Positions 31,201 to 42,018 of a stretch of DNA of 64,000 nt are shown here, in pieces. The stretch lies in the NCBI GenBank assembly GCA_965644315.1, contig CBFFRQ010000013.1, forward strand, positions 124,001 to 188,000, written 5' to 3'. Every line of letters starts with the position of its first letter. Within the stretch, counting starts at the first letter, position 1. The stretch is from Caecitellus pseudoparvulus. Taxonomy: Eukaryota; Protista; Bigyra: Bicosoecida. The notes beneath the pieces were generated by a model. It made no database searches, was not told the DNA's origin, and saw only the letters and a program-made list of their open reading frames with translations. The position numbers were made by a program, and so were the translations under genes.

Positions 31201-34200
31201 GGTGCCCGCCACTGACTAGGAAGCGCTCCAAGTATAGCGCCTCCATCTGACGGATGAAGTGTACCTTGCACCGGGCCGTGATGGGGTCTGAAAGGTACCT
31301 ATACGCCACCAGGGCGTCCTCGTGGGACACCATGAGCAGGGTATTTGCGATGCTGCTCAGAATTTGCGCGAACACGAAACGCTCCATGGTCTCTGCGTCC
31401 TCCGCTTGCACGTCTAGGGCCAGAGGGTCCAGGCTGCCCGGCGCTTGGGTGCCATGCAGCCTATCTGCATCTCGCAGGCCGCTCGTGGTGCCTCCCTGCG
31501 TGCCCTGCCCAGCCACGCCGCCCTCATCCCCGAAAACCTCCTCTGCAATGACGGGGGCCACGGCCATGGGTGCGGCGGCGCCCATCTCTGCCGCATCAGC
31601 CGAGGCAGCATCAGCGTCCACTACAGGGGACACAGCAGATGCCGTTCCTGCCATGAACGCGGCGAAGGAGTCGGGCGCCTTGGATACATGCAGGGATGCG
31701 ACGCTGGACACCGAGTCTGTGCGGAGGGGGTGCACACTGTCCCCCCCTGGCATGGCGGCGTCAATGCGTGCCTTGGAGCTGGACATGGCCCGGGAGGGCA
31801 GGCGCCGGGAGGTGCGGGCTCGAGGCACGGCTGGCTTGGACGTCGCCAGGGCCTGGCGGGAGGGGACACGCCGGGAGCCTCCCGCGCGCATGGCTGCCTT
31901 GGCGGCATTCTGCACAGCCGCCTTGAGCGCTGACTGGTTCCGGGCCTCGGCAGCGGCGGCAGCTGTGAGCAGTGCCAGGGTCCGCCCCACATCCCGCCGA
32001 GGGGCGGCGGCGGCAGCAGTGCGTGAGGGCACGGCCCGGAATGGTGATGCGTACTGGTGGGCAGCACCGCCGCTGCCCGCTGTCGCCATCAAGCTGCTGA
32101 CGTCCGTGCCCATTGCGCCAGCGAGCTGCGTGCGGCTGATGGCGAGCTTCCAGCGAGACACAGCCACCTCTCGGTTGGCAAGCGGTGGAGCAGGCGGCTC
32201 AGACTCTGGGTCTGGGTCCCCAGCTGCCACCACCGCATGGAAATCTGCAAAGACGCCGCCTACAGAAGAACTGCCTTGTGGTGCTTGTGGTCGGGGCTTG
32301 GGGCGTGGAGCTGGTTTACGGGGCTCGCTGGCAGATGTCAGTGACGCAGGCGGGCTAGCCTCACTGAGAGCAGGCGCCCCGCCCTCCACGTGCCCAGAGT
32401 CAAAGGTAAAGACAGAGGAGGACATGGAAGCTTGGCGTTCCCCCTTGGGTGGTGGTGCTGCCGTGCGCAGAGTGTAGTCCCGCTCGTCACCTTCCTCGTG
32501 CAGCTCAGGGATGGCGTCGCCGGTGGCCTCCAACTCTGCCTGGGAGAGGCGACCCCGCACCATGAGGCGCCCAGACATGCGTCGATTGGGGCGCTTGCCG
32601 CCTGAAGGTGTGCGAGAGTGGTGTGGCCCCGACACGCCAGCTTCCCCGGTCTCACTGCCCCCTGCTCCGCCGACGCTGGTCTGTGATGCAGTGCGCACCA
32701 GGGCAGTCGCTGCTGCAGCGGCGGCTGCCAGGTCAGTGGACAGCGCCCCAGTTGGAGTGGGCGTTGTGGGACCTGCCGTCATCACTCCACCGGGCCCAGC
32801 ACTGCTGGCATCCAGCCGTAGCCCTTGGTACCCCCCTGTGGACCCGCTTCGAGTGTGCCTGCGGCTACCCTTGGAGGGTGGAGCACCCACGCTGCTGCGG
32901 CGGGAATCAGAGCTGTCAGCCATATCTACACCAGCGCCCTGGGCCTTGGAGGGTGACAAGGCAGTGGGGGCACTGCCCCGCCGGTTGGTGGGGCTGCTTC
33001 CGCCCCCTCCACCCCCACCAGGCAGGCGTGGCGACATCAGCCAGCTGCCGACACCTGTCTTGCCGCTGCCAGAGGCAGCTGCATCCAGCAACTCACTATT
33101 GAACGACTGCAACATGGCAAGGGCGTCCCCTGCAGCGCTGCTGCGCAGGGAGGCTTCACCAGGCAGGCTGGCGGCGGGGAGGGCCTTGGACCCCGACACG
33201 GACATTGTGGACCCCACAGACAGGACTGAGGAGGCGGAGGGGATGTGCCGCAGCCGCCGGCGGGCAAACTTCCCACCGCCTTCTGACGGAGGCCTCCTCC
33301 CGCCTGCCTCCTCCTCCTCCTCCTCCTCGTCATCTTCATCCTCATCCACCTCCCCAGCCACAGACAGCGCTCGAGCAGCCTCGGCCTCAGCCACGCCATC
33401 GCCCGCCCCCAGCCCAGCCTCCAGGCGAACATTGCGCACCAACACGCCCGCTAGTTCTGGCCCCAGCACCTCCTGCACAATCAGCACACGCGCGCGATGC
33501 CGCCAGGCCTGCTGGGCAGCCTGGCGTGCCCTGCGGGCGGTCCTTGCAGCGAGTTCGCTGGCCGCCAGAAGGTGGTCGGAAGTGGGGCGGTCCACGAGGT
33601 ATGTAAGCATAAGCCCCTTGCCCTTGGCACGGATGATGCCACGGCAGGTGACTCGGAAGTTGTGCCCAGCGCGAAAGTACCACGGCACGCTGGCGTTGCG
33701 CCGGTCAGCTGCACCTTGCCGGTCCATGTCCACAGGCGCGACAGCAGATACCACCAAGCCACCCTTGCCACTGCTTGGCTGTGAGCCGCCACCCTGGGCC
33801 ACGGCAGCCCGCGCAGCTGCGAGCTGGGAGGGTGGCAGAGCGTCGTTCACGCAGGGGGGCGCATCCAGCGCCATGTACGTCGCACGGGAAATGTGCACAC
33901 GGCCCACGGGGCCCGTGACACCCAGGCGAGAGCTAGTGTTCACCACATCGCCGAAGAGGCGGTAGTACGTGCGCGAGAGGCCAATCACGCCGCCCGTCAC
34001 GCTGCCGCTGGTGACGCCAGCCTTGAACTCCCACGACGCCGAGCCAGCCTCCGCCCCCGCGGTGATGGCCTCCGACAAGTCCCCCAACCAGGCCATGTCG
34101 CCGTCCCTGCTCATGCTCTCTAGAAGCCTCGCCCGCTCAGCAGCCCACCAGGCCTCGCCCACAGCAGCGCGTACACTGGCTGGGCTGGCTCCGGGCGGCG

Positions 34201-35461
34201 GCCCCCCCTCGCCACCCGACCCCTCTGTGTTCGAGTCGCCTTCGAAGGCAGCAGGGGACATGCCCTCTGCCCACTTGCCTTGCAGCTCCGCCCGGCAGGC
34301 AGCCTCCTCCGCCTCTCGCACTTCGCGCTCTAGCTGCATGTCCCGGCACAGTTCCAGCGCAGCCAGGCAGAACTCCACCACCGCTGCTGCGTGGTCCCTG
34401 TGGGGCGCAGGCACGCCAGACGCCACCAAGTACACGTTGGCCACCGACTCAATCTTGTGGATGTGAGGGCTGGACAGCACCAGGGCGTCCAGGCGGCACC
34501 AGAGCTGGTGCAAGTCCTCCAGCAGCGCCAGCAGCCCCTCCCCCTCCGCCTGCCGCACCATGTCGTCGAAGCCACGGATGTACAGGAATGCCACTGTGAC
34601 GCTGCGGTGGGTGCTGATGAGGCTCTGCCCCCGCATGAGGTTGTGCGCGACGCTGCGCGGCATGGCCAGCGCCAGCAGCTCCTCCGACCGCACCGCTTGC
34701 AGCTGCAGGCGCTTGCGCTGGACGAAGTTGCCCCACGTGTCCCGTTCGTACTGCCCTGCCGCCACCGCACAGAACACGATGGCAGCCCCGCCGCCCAGCA
34801 CGGGGCGCCAGATGCCTGCAGCCCCCGAGAAGACGGGCAGGGCGACGCCAGCGAGGCTGTGGGAGACAACAAGACCAGCGCTGTACAGGGCCAGCAGCAC
34901 GGCGGCGAAACCCAGCAGGGCACCCCGCCATGGGACTGCCGTGGCACACACGAACACTATGTAGATGAGCGCCAGGGCCATGCGGCCTTCCCCTGGGGCA
35001 GCCCACGTGGCGGCAAACGGCTCAGCAGGGAGCCCTTGTGACGTCGCAGCGACAGCAGTCAAAAAATGCGGCGCAGCGACGCCTAGCATGAAGGTAAACA
35101 TGATGAAACCAAGAAAAACAAGGTGCCCTTGCAACAGGCCATTCACGTTTCCACTTTCAGTCACAGGTGCTTCTCTGCCTCCACCTGAGCGGCAGCAGTT
35201 GGAGCGGCCCAGAAACGCCACGGCGCCCACGATGGCCGCAGCCACAGCTCGCAGCAAGACGGCAAGGCTGGCACATGACAAGCCAGCCGTCAGAAAGCAA
35301 GGCCCCGATTGCGCCATTGAGCTGTCCAGGGCAGAGGGCAATGCAAGCAGTCCATCCATGACCAGCCACGCCAGCAACAAGAGCAGCACATCCCGTCGCC
35401 GACCCTGCCCTGACGCCGCCTCCTGCTGCAGGAACTCCTGCCAAATGGTCAAGGCTGGCAT
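28268..35461 (-). CDS. Membrane class III nucleotidyl cyclase with two catalytic domains, probably guanylyl cyclase
   Basis: TM cluster, cyclase (KIESVANVY; YRLFGDVVNTSSRL), long linker, TM cluster, cyclase (ADLVGFT; KLDTIGDAY; RVGIHAGPV; GRVQVS). Start taken at the first ATG of the ORF. Confidence 0.9.
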   Translation of the reverse strand: MPALTIWQEFLQQEAASGQGRRRDVLLLLLAWLVMDGLLALPSALDSSMAQSGPCFLTAGLSCASLAVLLRAVAAAIVGAVAFLGRSNCCRSGGGREAPVTESGNVNGLLQGHLVFLGFIMFTFMLGVAAPHFLTAVAATSQGLPAEPFAATWAAPGEGRMALALIYIVFVCATAVPWRGALLGFAAVLLALYSAGLVVSHSLAGVALPVFSGAAGIWRPVLGGGAAIVFCAVAAGQYERDTWGNFVQRKRLQLQAVRSEELLALAMPRSVAHNLMRGQSLISTHRSVTVAFLYIRGFDDMVRQAEGEGLLALLEDLHQLWCRLDALVLSSPHIHKIESVANVYLVASGVPAPHRDHAAAVVEFCLAALELCRDMQLEREVREAEEAACRAELQGKWAEGMSPAAFEGDSNTEGSGGEGGPPPGASPASVRAAVGEAWWAAERARLLESMSRDGDMAWLGDLSEAITAGAEAGSASWEFKAGVTSGSVTGGVIGLSRTYYRLFGDVVNTSSRLGVTGPVGRVHISRATYMALDAPPCVNDALPPSQLAAARAAVAQGGGSQPSSGKGGLVVSAVAPVDMDRQGAADRRNASVPWYFRAGHNFRVTCRGIIRAKGKGLMLTYLVDRPTSDHLLAASELAARTARRARQAAQQAWRHRARVLIVQEVLGPELAGVLVRNVRLEAGLGAGDGVAEAEAARALSVAGEVDEDEDDEEEEEEEAGGRRPPSEGGGKFARRRLRHIPSASSVLSVGSTMSVSGSKALPAASLPGEASLRSSAAGDALAMLQSFNSELLDAAASGSGKTGVGSWLMSPRLPGGGGGGGSSPTNRRGSAPTALSPSKAQGAGVDMADSSDSRRSSVGAPPSKGSRRHTRSGSTGGYQGLRLDASSAGPGGVMTAGPTTPTPTGALSTDLAAAAAAATALVRTASQTSVGGAGGSETGEAGVSGPHHSRTPSGGKRPNRRMSGRLMVRGRLSQAELEATGDAIPELHEEGDERDYTLRTAAPPPKGERQASMSSSVFTFDSGHVEGGAPALSEASPPASLTSASEPRKPAPRPKPRPQAPQGSSSVGGVFADFHAVVAAGDPDPESEPPAPPLANREVAVSRWKLAISRTQLAGAMGTDVSSLMATAGSGGAAHQYASPFRAVPSRTAAAAAPRRDVGRTLALLTAAAAAEARNQSALKAAVQNAAKAAMRAGGSRRVPSRQALATSKPAVPRARTSRRLPSRAMSSSKARIDAAMPGGDSVHPLRTDSVSSVASLHVSKAPDSFAAFMAGTASAVSPVVDADAASADAAEMGAAAPMAVAPVIAEEVFGDEGGVAGQGTQGGTTSGLRDADRLHGTQAPGSLDPLALDVQAEDAETMERFVFAQILSSIANTLLMVSHEDALVAYRYLSDPITARCKVHFIRQMEALYLERFLVSGGHRGGEEEGEVRFVEVPAAPSDEDEEEEEVVQVVPRQHGGSPVVVKDEPPSPMQSEGGERTSPHQSEGSDSPGPFASSGSEEEDSGEDSGEDSDTSSSSSDDSLEATAQATPTMDALVDTVLAGRARHRHTRRASLRKPALAALATSRRGLAGRRRSRHSMQPLFRAASATKSRRGSEAALRRRASGTGQRSQSFGPASPRKSKTPALLQAALAVRKQEEQAAEAGARDGEPGSVARRGSQEGAAGDSPRQTTASEDSKHVPPSTPRGELDMDALLGLPSPDAPARPRPASGMSRAGAASRASCAASRSGRRRSRRRLKRGQAQSATCSRRCRRGCRAASLAPCGCGWDSKARSCVCCGLSHITVLRVFDMAFDSPHMERSLRAGEHQERIKAWAGILAPLILTTMLWLLLAVPAVADVNSALRRASGADFTTGGMLAVAVLALAAAGMVAFVLSTIARFGVLSPSREGGAGARPPPHMLQGGSGQTVTQTPSSTPVAVPPASPMLRRASSSAVFNAPPSSAGSWLQAAEEEERASAPLARGGSGGDLLPPPASPSEGQGGGEQDALLSTGQVTAAGRHLRLMDTDILIPHPACTSLRLSCAHCCSRNCAALHRQALWLDSSLSARSLVLLFLACAVLLLADALAVRVHYPTASPDALLFHAGLLPCMLMVLSHIFRLRTGVQVTAAAGVLLEFLIITAATGVLGAAAPASILLVLLQLLGLAALALYNTFYTELNARRAMLLVMASHRAKRQADSVMGQLLPASVNDALNRNESIPFRMLPFDAVILWADLVGFTALSASMDSMAVLRLLHTIFAQCDALVEASGLWKLDTIGDAYVCVGFGEAAGQGPALVEKQFALALAMQDIVEKAGGGCGLGVRVGIHAGPVATGIIGTLRPRFYVFGRTVLEAEHMEASGATGRVQVSPAAASLYFQRTYGLQQREGAPAALFGEGPSPATFWLSPQGVLEPGNARQPRVEQE

Positions 35462-36013
35462 GGCAGGCGCGCGAAGAAAGAGCTGCTCGTGTCCAAGGAG
35501 TGAATCACTCGCCTGCGGCGCAGTCGGGCTGGACTTGCGGCAAGGACACCGGGCACACTCGGGCCTTCCCACGCCACGAACGGCAGTTGTTGCTGCGGTG
35601 CCACCCACTGCAAACCACGCGGCAGAGGTGCCAACCGTGGAGCACACACGGCAGATGGGCCTGTCCACTGGTGGCCAGCAGAGCACCAGGGGGTATGAAT
35701 TGCGCTGGGCGACCGGACTGTCCCCTGCAGCGCCAGGGCTGGATGGGCTACGAAACAGTGCGGCGCGTCGATGCCCATGAGAGGCGGATCATTCCCGCGA
35801 CAGTTCACCCACGGCGGCGCCGGGGCGCAGTTTCCGCTGCTCGCCATAATCGACCCCCCGAACCACACTCGACCTCGGACTGGCCAGCATTCTCCAGCGC
35901 CCCCCTGACCTCAAACGCGCCCACAGCACATCCCAGCAGCGCTTGCCAAGCTTGCCTTCTCGCCACGTACACACAAGAGCACCCGCACCGACAGCGCCAC
36001 CAAGTCTTGCAAG

Positions 36014-36368
36014 ATGAGCGAAGACAAGAAGCACATCCAGATCAAGATCGTCAGCGGCAGTGTGCGTGGTGGGGGCTGCGGGGGGCAGCCCGACGCTTGC
36101 GTTTCCCACTTCAAAATCCGCGCACGCCACACGCACTTGCTGCGAGCCCGCACAGGACCGGGAGACCGTCACCTTCCGCGTGAAGCCCACGACAAAGTTT
36201 GCCAAGATCATGAAGGCGTGGTGTGAGAAGCAGCAGGTGGAGCAGTCCTCCGTGCGCTTCATGTTCGATGGGGAGCGCATCAGCGGGGACAACACCCCCC
36301 TGGACCTGGACATGGAGGACGGAGACCAGGTGGACGTGACCACCTTGGCAGTGGGGGGCATGCAGTGA
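36014..36368 (+). CDS. SUMO: SUMO-like ubiquitin-related modifier; intron 36062-36155
   Basis: HIQIKIV; FRVKPTTKFAKIMKAWC; VRFMFDGERI; TPLDLDMEDGDQVDV; C-terminal GG plus MQ tail. Confidence 0.92.
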
Positions 36369-36402
36369 CGCACACCCCGCTGCGTCAATGCATTCCTGTG
36401 TC

Positions 36403-37364
36403 TCACCTGGGCTCTGCAGGCAGCAGGCCGGCAGCACTCACTATAGACACCTGCAATTCTTGCATGCCTTGCCCCTGCAGCGCCGACACCAGGTGCACTG
36501 TGGGAAACGCCACAGTGCTGCCCCCCAGCTCGGCGGCAATCATGGCTGCGGTGGCTGCCCGCTGACTGGCTGGCGCGGCGTCTGCCTTGGTGAGCACCAC
36601 CTGGTACGGCACCACGAAGTGCTCCATCATTTCAACCACCTCCCTGTCCAGCTGGGTCAGGCCACGCCTGCGAGGGGGGGGGGAGAGGGGAGTGCGTGGG
36701 CACATGACTGGGCTCCCCCACGCTGCACGCGTGTGGCAGAGGAGCGGGCATGGCCGATAACGCACCGAACATCCACCAACAACAGCACGCGCCTGCACAC
36801 GCCCCCCCCATCGCGGCCCCGGTCATGCAAGTACCCAGCAATCAACTCCATCCAGGCGGCCTTTTGTGCCTTGGCACGGTGTGCAGCGTAGCCATACCCT
36901 GGCAGGTCCACCAGAAACAGCTCCTGGCGGGCAGGCACCCTGAAGAAGTGCAGGTCCTCCGTGTGCCCTGGACGCTTGCTGGTGGAGGACAGGCGCTGGC
37001 CCAGCAGGGCATTCAGAAGAGACGACTTGCCCGCATTACTGCGGCCGATGAGGGCCACCTCTGCCTGCCCAGGTCCAGGTGCAAAGTACTTGGGGTCCAG
37101 CTGGGTGCCCTCGTGAGTGCCGCCGGCCCGAAACAGCTTGGCAGCTGCAGCTCGTTGTGTGGCACTGAACTCAAGGCCTTGATGCAGAGGTCCATACCGA
37201 GAGAAGACCCACTGCTTGGGTGCCCCAGACCGAGCGGCGGCAGCGGCAGCAGCGTGCAGCTGCCTGCGGAAATCGATTCTCAAGCCACGCAGCTGCCGAG
37301 CGCAGCTTAGGGCGCCGACTGCGCGCTCGTTCGAGTGCGCACGCGCGGCAGCAGCACGCAGCAT
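36403..37364 (-). CDS. EngB/YihA (YsxC)-family organellar GTPase; intron 36765-36668
   Basis: EVALIGRSNAGKSSLLN; SKRPGHT; DLPGYGYA; VLTKAD; VSA..G.G; Arg/Ala-rich presequence. Confidence 0.9.
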
Positions 37365-37923
37365 GAAGCTCAATGGGCTTCAGTGCGCCCTGCTTTTCTG
37401 CCCCTGCGTGCGGCGTCTTCAAGGCAGCGGTGGTAGAGGTGCTGCGCGCCGCAGCAAAGCGGCGTTTCAGCGGTGGAAGTCTGCTCAAGTACAAAAAGAC
37501 AGGCTCGACAAAAACAACAGCGCCGCACCCACCGGCGCAGAAAAAGTGCAGACACCGCTCACCAGCTGCGTTGTCGGCGCTTCCCTGCAAGTGGATTGTG
37601 CGCGGCGTGGGCCCTGCACACATACTCCTGCCCCCCTCGCCGGCGGCGACAGGGCGACAGTTTCAGGCCAAGCAAGCTCTGCAGCGCGTGCGCACCGTGA
37701 AGGGACGAAGCCGCAGGCTGCCGGAGGACAATCGGAACGCTTGAGGCGCTTTCACCAGCTGCTCTGCTGCTCAGTGTGGCAGTGGACGTGGGCCCACCAG
37801 CTTCAAGCTCTGTCGGTGTTTTGCCTGCGGCGTTTCCTAGAGCCCGCTGAGAGAGGGTGTGCTACACGCGCTCCTCGAAGACCCAAGCAGCAACGTCCAT
37901 CGCAGGGGCAGCGTAGAGCCACC

Positions 37924-40900
37924 ATGAGTGACTTGAGCGCCCGCCGTGCAGCGGTAGTCGTCACGCCGCGCAACATCACTGCCACAGTGGCGGTGGTAGC
38001 TGGAGGATGTGCTGCCGCCGCTGCTGCATCCAGGGCGGTACACGAGCGGCCTAACACAGATATGGAGCAGTCCCAAACGATGGGATTCGTTGCCCTCTGC
38101 TTGTCCCTGCTGCTGACTGTGCTCGCGCTGTCTCCAGCGCTCATGAGCCCCGCCGAGTCACGAGCTGGCAGTGCCTCCCGTCATGCCGCACGAACCCTCT
38201 GCTTCTTCTGGTACTGGCAGCCCCGGCAGTGGGTGGACCTTGGGCCATGGTGGCACAGTGACCTGCTGAATGTGTCTGGCTTGGCCCTCTCGACTCCCCT
38301 GCGCACGGCATGGCTGGCTGCCAGTGCTTGGGTGTTTGTCTCTGCCGCCGTCATCTTGAGCACAGCGGTTTCCTGGCAGCCAACGCCACTGTCCAGTTGC
38401 TTGATCGGAACAGCGCCGCTGGACATACTGCTCCTTGCATCTGGAATAAGCCTATCTCTGGCCATGCCCCTGGGGGCAGCAAGCCTTCGCAGTCGCTCGG
38501 CAGCTGCGAAGGAGGTGGTTTTGGCGCAGGAACCGGCACCGGCCAGTTTGTTCGAAAAGAGGCGTCATGGCTGGCTGCTTGCGCTTGGCATGGTGATGCT
38601 GTGGGCTGGACTGCGTGCACTGGGCGTTGTCTTGCAGCATGCGTGGTTGGACCAGGGCAGCGCCGCGCTTCGCACAGGGGTCGTTGTACTTGCCGCTGCG
38701 GCAGAGGTGGGCTCCTTCGCCGCCCTGCACGGGGCGCTCCCATCGTCCGTGTCCGGCGCCCCGGCCCTGGTTCGGGGCACCATTCTTCTACTTGTGGTGC
38801 TGGACTGCGTGGCCCTGGCCATGTTTGGTGCTGATGCCTTGCCGCTCATTCGCACATTGCACAGCTTTGCCCTCGGCGCCGCTGTCCCTGGCATGCAGCT
38901 ACACAGCAGCATCGTGGCCTGGGACCAGCTGCACAGCCAAGAGACCCGCGCATCAGTGACTGTATTTGGCGAGCAGGTATGTCGCGGTGGCAAGCGCCGA
39001 TGTCAGAACCCACACGTTGCACAGCACCTCCCCCCTCCCCCTCCACCCGCAGTACCACAAGACTCTCCAGGGTGCAGCTGCAGCTGTCACCGCTGTGACC
39101 AACCGCTTGCTTCCCAGGTCACACGTGGACACCCTTGTGCTGAATGAAGGCATGGCGTTCGGCAGGCAGCAGCGAGGCAAGGCAAGCGGCGGCAGCAGCA
39201 GTAGCGGCAGCAGCATGCACGAGGGGGTGAACCTGACGCCGCCCTTCACAAGCGGGCCACGCTTCAGACCAGGCATGGCCTCTCGCCAGCAGGCGATGGA
39301 CAGCAAGGCAATGCCCTCCTCTCGGCGTGGTGCGCTCAATACGGGGGTGCCTGGAACTCAAGACACAGTTTCGCAAAGCGGCGTAGGCTTGGGCGTGGCG
39401 GCTGGGCTGAAGACGTACTCGGCGATCTCATCAGCGCAGCGCAGCCCAGGCAGCGCCGTGCGCCTGGCAACGACACCCACTGACTCTGGCCGTGATTCTG
39501 CCAATGACAGCGACAGCATGCCCCCTGTGCCGTTGCAGGCGGCCTCAGTGGACAGCTCCATGCAGGAGCCCCTCCCCGCCAGCGCCGGCAAGCTGAGCGG
39601 CCGCCATTCGCAGCCTCATCTGCGCAGCTTCTCGTATGAGAGGGACAGTGCAGCACCAAGCCCTGCCTTCGAAGGACTCGGAGCAGGCACGCACATTGTC
39701 GTGCGCATCGGCGAGGCCAGTGCGGGGTCGGGCAGCGTGCTGGGTGGGAGAGTGCAGCCGCCAAACGTAGAAGTGGGCCGCGCGGCGGAAGGAGATGGCA
39801 GTGTCACGGGCGCTTCAGACCTGTACAGCGACGCCACAGAGGCCCTCTTCATTCTACCTGGTGCACGGCCGCCCCCTTCCGGCCGCTCGGAGGCAGTGTC
39901 GGCAACCTTCTCCGAGGGATTCCTCATCCGGCAGGGCATGCCATCGCCCCGCCCTGACAGCACCCCCTCCGGAAAGGGGTCTACCAAGCACCCGATCAGG
40001 GGGCGAGGCAGCGCTTCCGCACTGGAAGCTCGGGAGCCCACACGCACCACCGCCACATCATTGGGGGGCACCTCCCGAGCCGCAGCTTCCTCCACGTCCT
40101 CCGGCATGTGGAGCCGCCCCATCACCCTGCATTTCATGGACGAGCCCAGCTCTGCAGACACGCCCCAGGAGTACGTCTGCTACCTGCGCTCCAACCTGGG
40201 TGCCATGCACAGCGACCTGGCGCGGGTGGGCAGCCACGTGGAGGCGGCCCGGCGCTGGATGCAGCTTCGCCAGTTCCTCCTACGCCTGCAGCGGGGGGAG
40301 TACAGCCCTCCCAGCCGGTTCTATGCCCGTCGCTTGATCGATTTCATGCGCCAGCACGCCTCAGACCTTGGCGCCAAGCGCCACCGCAGTGTGCGCTGGA
40401 CGCCCCTGCCCATCGTGCACCACTTCCTGCTCACCGGCGGCGCGCACGAGCAGGATCTGCAGCACGCAGCCCAGCTCATGTTGGACTTTGCGTGGGGTCG
40501 CACGTCCCCTGCGTTGGGGGACATCGCCGTCAGCATGTCCATCACGCCCGTGCAGCACCTGCGACACGGGGGCTTCTTGCCACAGTCTGCCATGGCATCC
40601 GCCAAGTCAGGGCGCTGTGCCACAGGCCGCATGGGTGTGTGCGGTGCCCGGACAACCGTCACTGACCGCGCAGGTGACGCCGCTGACGACGTGGACGCCG
40701 CTGACACCACCGCCACTGTGGGAGTGCACGGCTGGTTCCGCTTGCGACTCCTGGTGTCCTTCCCCGATCCCCGCAGTGCTGCTGAGGCGCAGGTTGGGCT
40801 GACTGAGGAGGAGTCGGTATCCTTGAGCATTCTGGAAGCGGTAGCGAGGGCCCATCGCGGTCGCAGCTCGTACAGGTCTGAGCTGCAGCGAACTGGGCCG

Positions 40901-41887
40901 TGCTGCACCATCGCCCTCACTCTGCACCTGCAGCGAGAAGACCACCAAGACATCGATTTTCTTGGTGATTCTGAGGAGGAAGAGGAGGCAGCGGCAAAGT
41001 CACGAGCTGGAAAAGGCCCAGTCAAGCTCAACGCTGCTGGCGCCTGCAAAGACCCACAGCCACTGCCGGGAGCCGAGAAAGGCGGTGCGCCCAGTGAAGT
41101 CCGATCTCACGGCGCAGACAAGTCCTCTGCCGTGCCTGGCATGGGTTTGGAGGAATCTGACGAGGAGGATGTGGGGCCAACGGGCCCGCCCGCCGCTTGT
41201 GCCGGTGCCGCGGCAGCGGCCGCTGGTGTGGGCACTCTGAAGGACATGCGGCCGGAACCTTGCGGCCTCGGGGAGGTAGATGACGAGCTCTTCAGCGTGT
41301 TTCCAGCTGTGGGCTCCAACGTATCCCTGCCCGTTAGTATGAGCGAACGCCTCCGCGCAGATGGGCTGGACGATGTGCCCCTGGATGACATGACACCAGC
41401 GGCGCGACTGCGGCACACAAACCCTTGCTACACCCTGACTGGCGTGGTGCCGCCGCCAGGTCGGCGGGGCTTTCGTGTGCTGCTTGTCTTCGACAGTTCA
41501 TACGATGAGATTGTGGAGAGGCTCATGGAGCCACTGCTGGCATGCGGCAGAGTCACTTCCTATGCCCGCGTGAAGAGCAGCAAGGCCTTGTACTCGTACG
41601 CCCCCGGCTTTCTGGGCCGCATGGATATGGGTCTGCCAGACGTGGTGTTCGTGGGGCACAAGCTGGGGAAGCACCTCGCTCCACGTGTGTGTGAGTTCCT
41701 GCGCCTGCAGGGCTTGCAGCACCACACTGTGGGAGTGGTGCACCAGGGTGCAGCGGAGGATGCCATGGAGAAGGTCACTCAGTTTGTCATGACGCCGCCC
41801 TTCCTAAAGCCAGCAGTGCTCTTCTCAGTGAAGGTGGCTGCCTGGGGGTACGTCCCGCAGAACCCAGAGGACATCGACAAGCTATAA
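37924..41887 (+). CDS. Multi-pass membrane protein with degenerate hybrid histidine-kinase (HATPase-like) and pseudo-receiver domains; intron 38977-39052
   Basis: Roughly 8-9 hydrophobic segments in exon 1; LQHAAQLMLDFA...GDIAVSM; LSILEAVARAHRGR...CTIALTLHL; C-terminal RVLLVFD...PDVVFVG...TPPF. Confidence 0.6.
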
Positions 41888-42018
41888 TCCATCCGCCGAC
41901 CGTTTGAACACTTTCGTTCCTCAGGACTCAATGTGGGATTGTGTTGAGTGGCCTGTCCCCCGACACCGCTGAGGCTGACGGCGACGACTGTGCAGCCAGT
42001 TTCGGCTGGCGTTTCAGC

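Noticed and set aside
37216-37923. 5' part of the 643-aa ORF
   Set aside because: Overlaps the EngB start and the divergent promoter; ACCATG at 37924 is the better start.
37924-38976. Rhodopsin-histidine kinase
   Set aside because: No retinal-binding DxxxK motif seen in the last TM helix.
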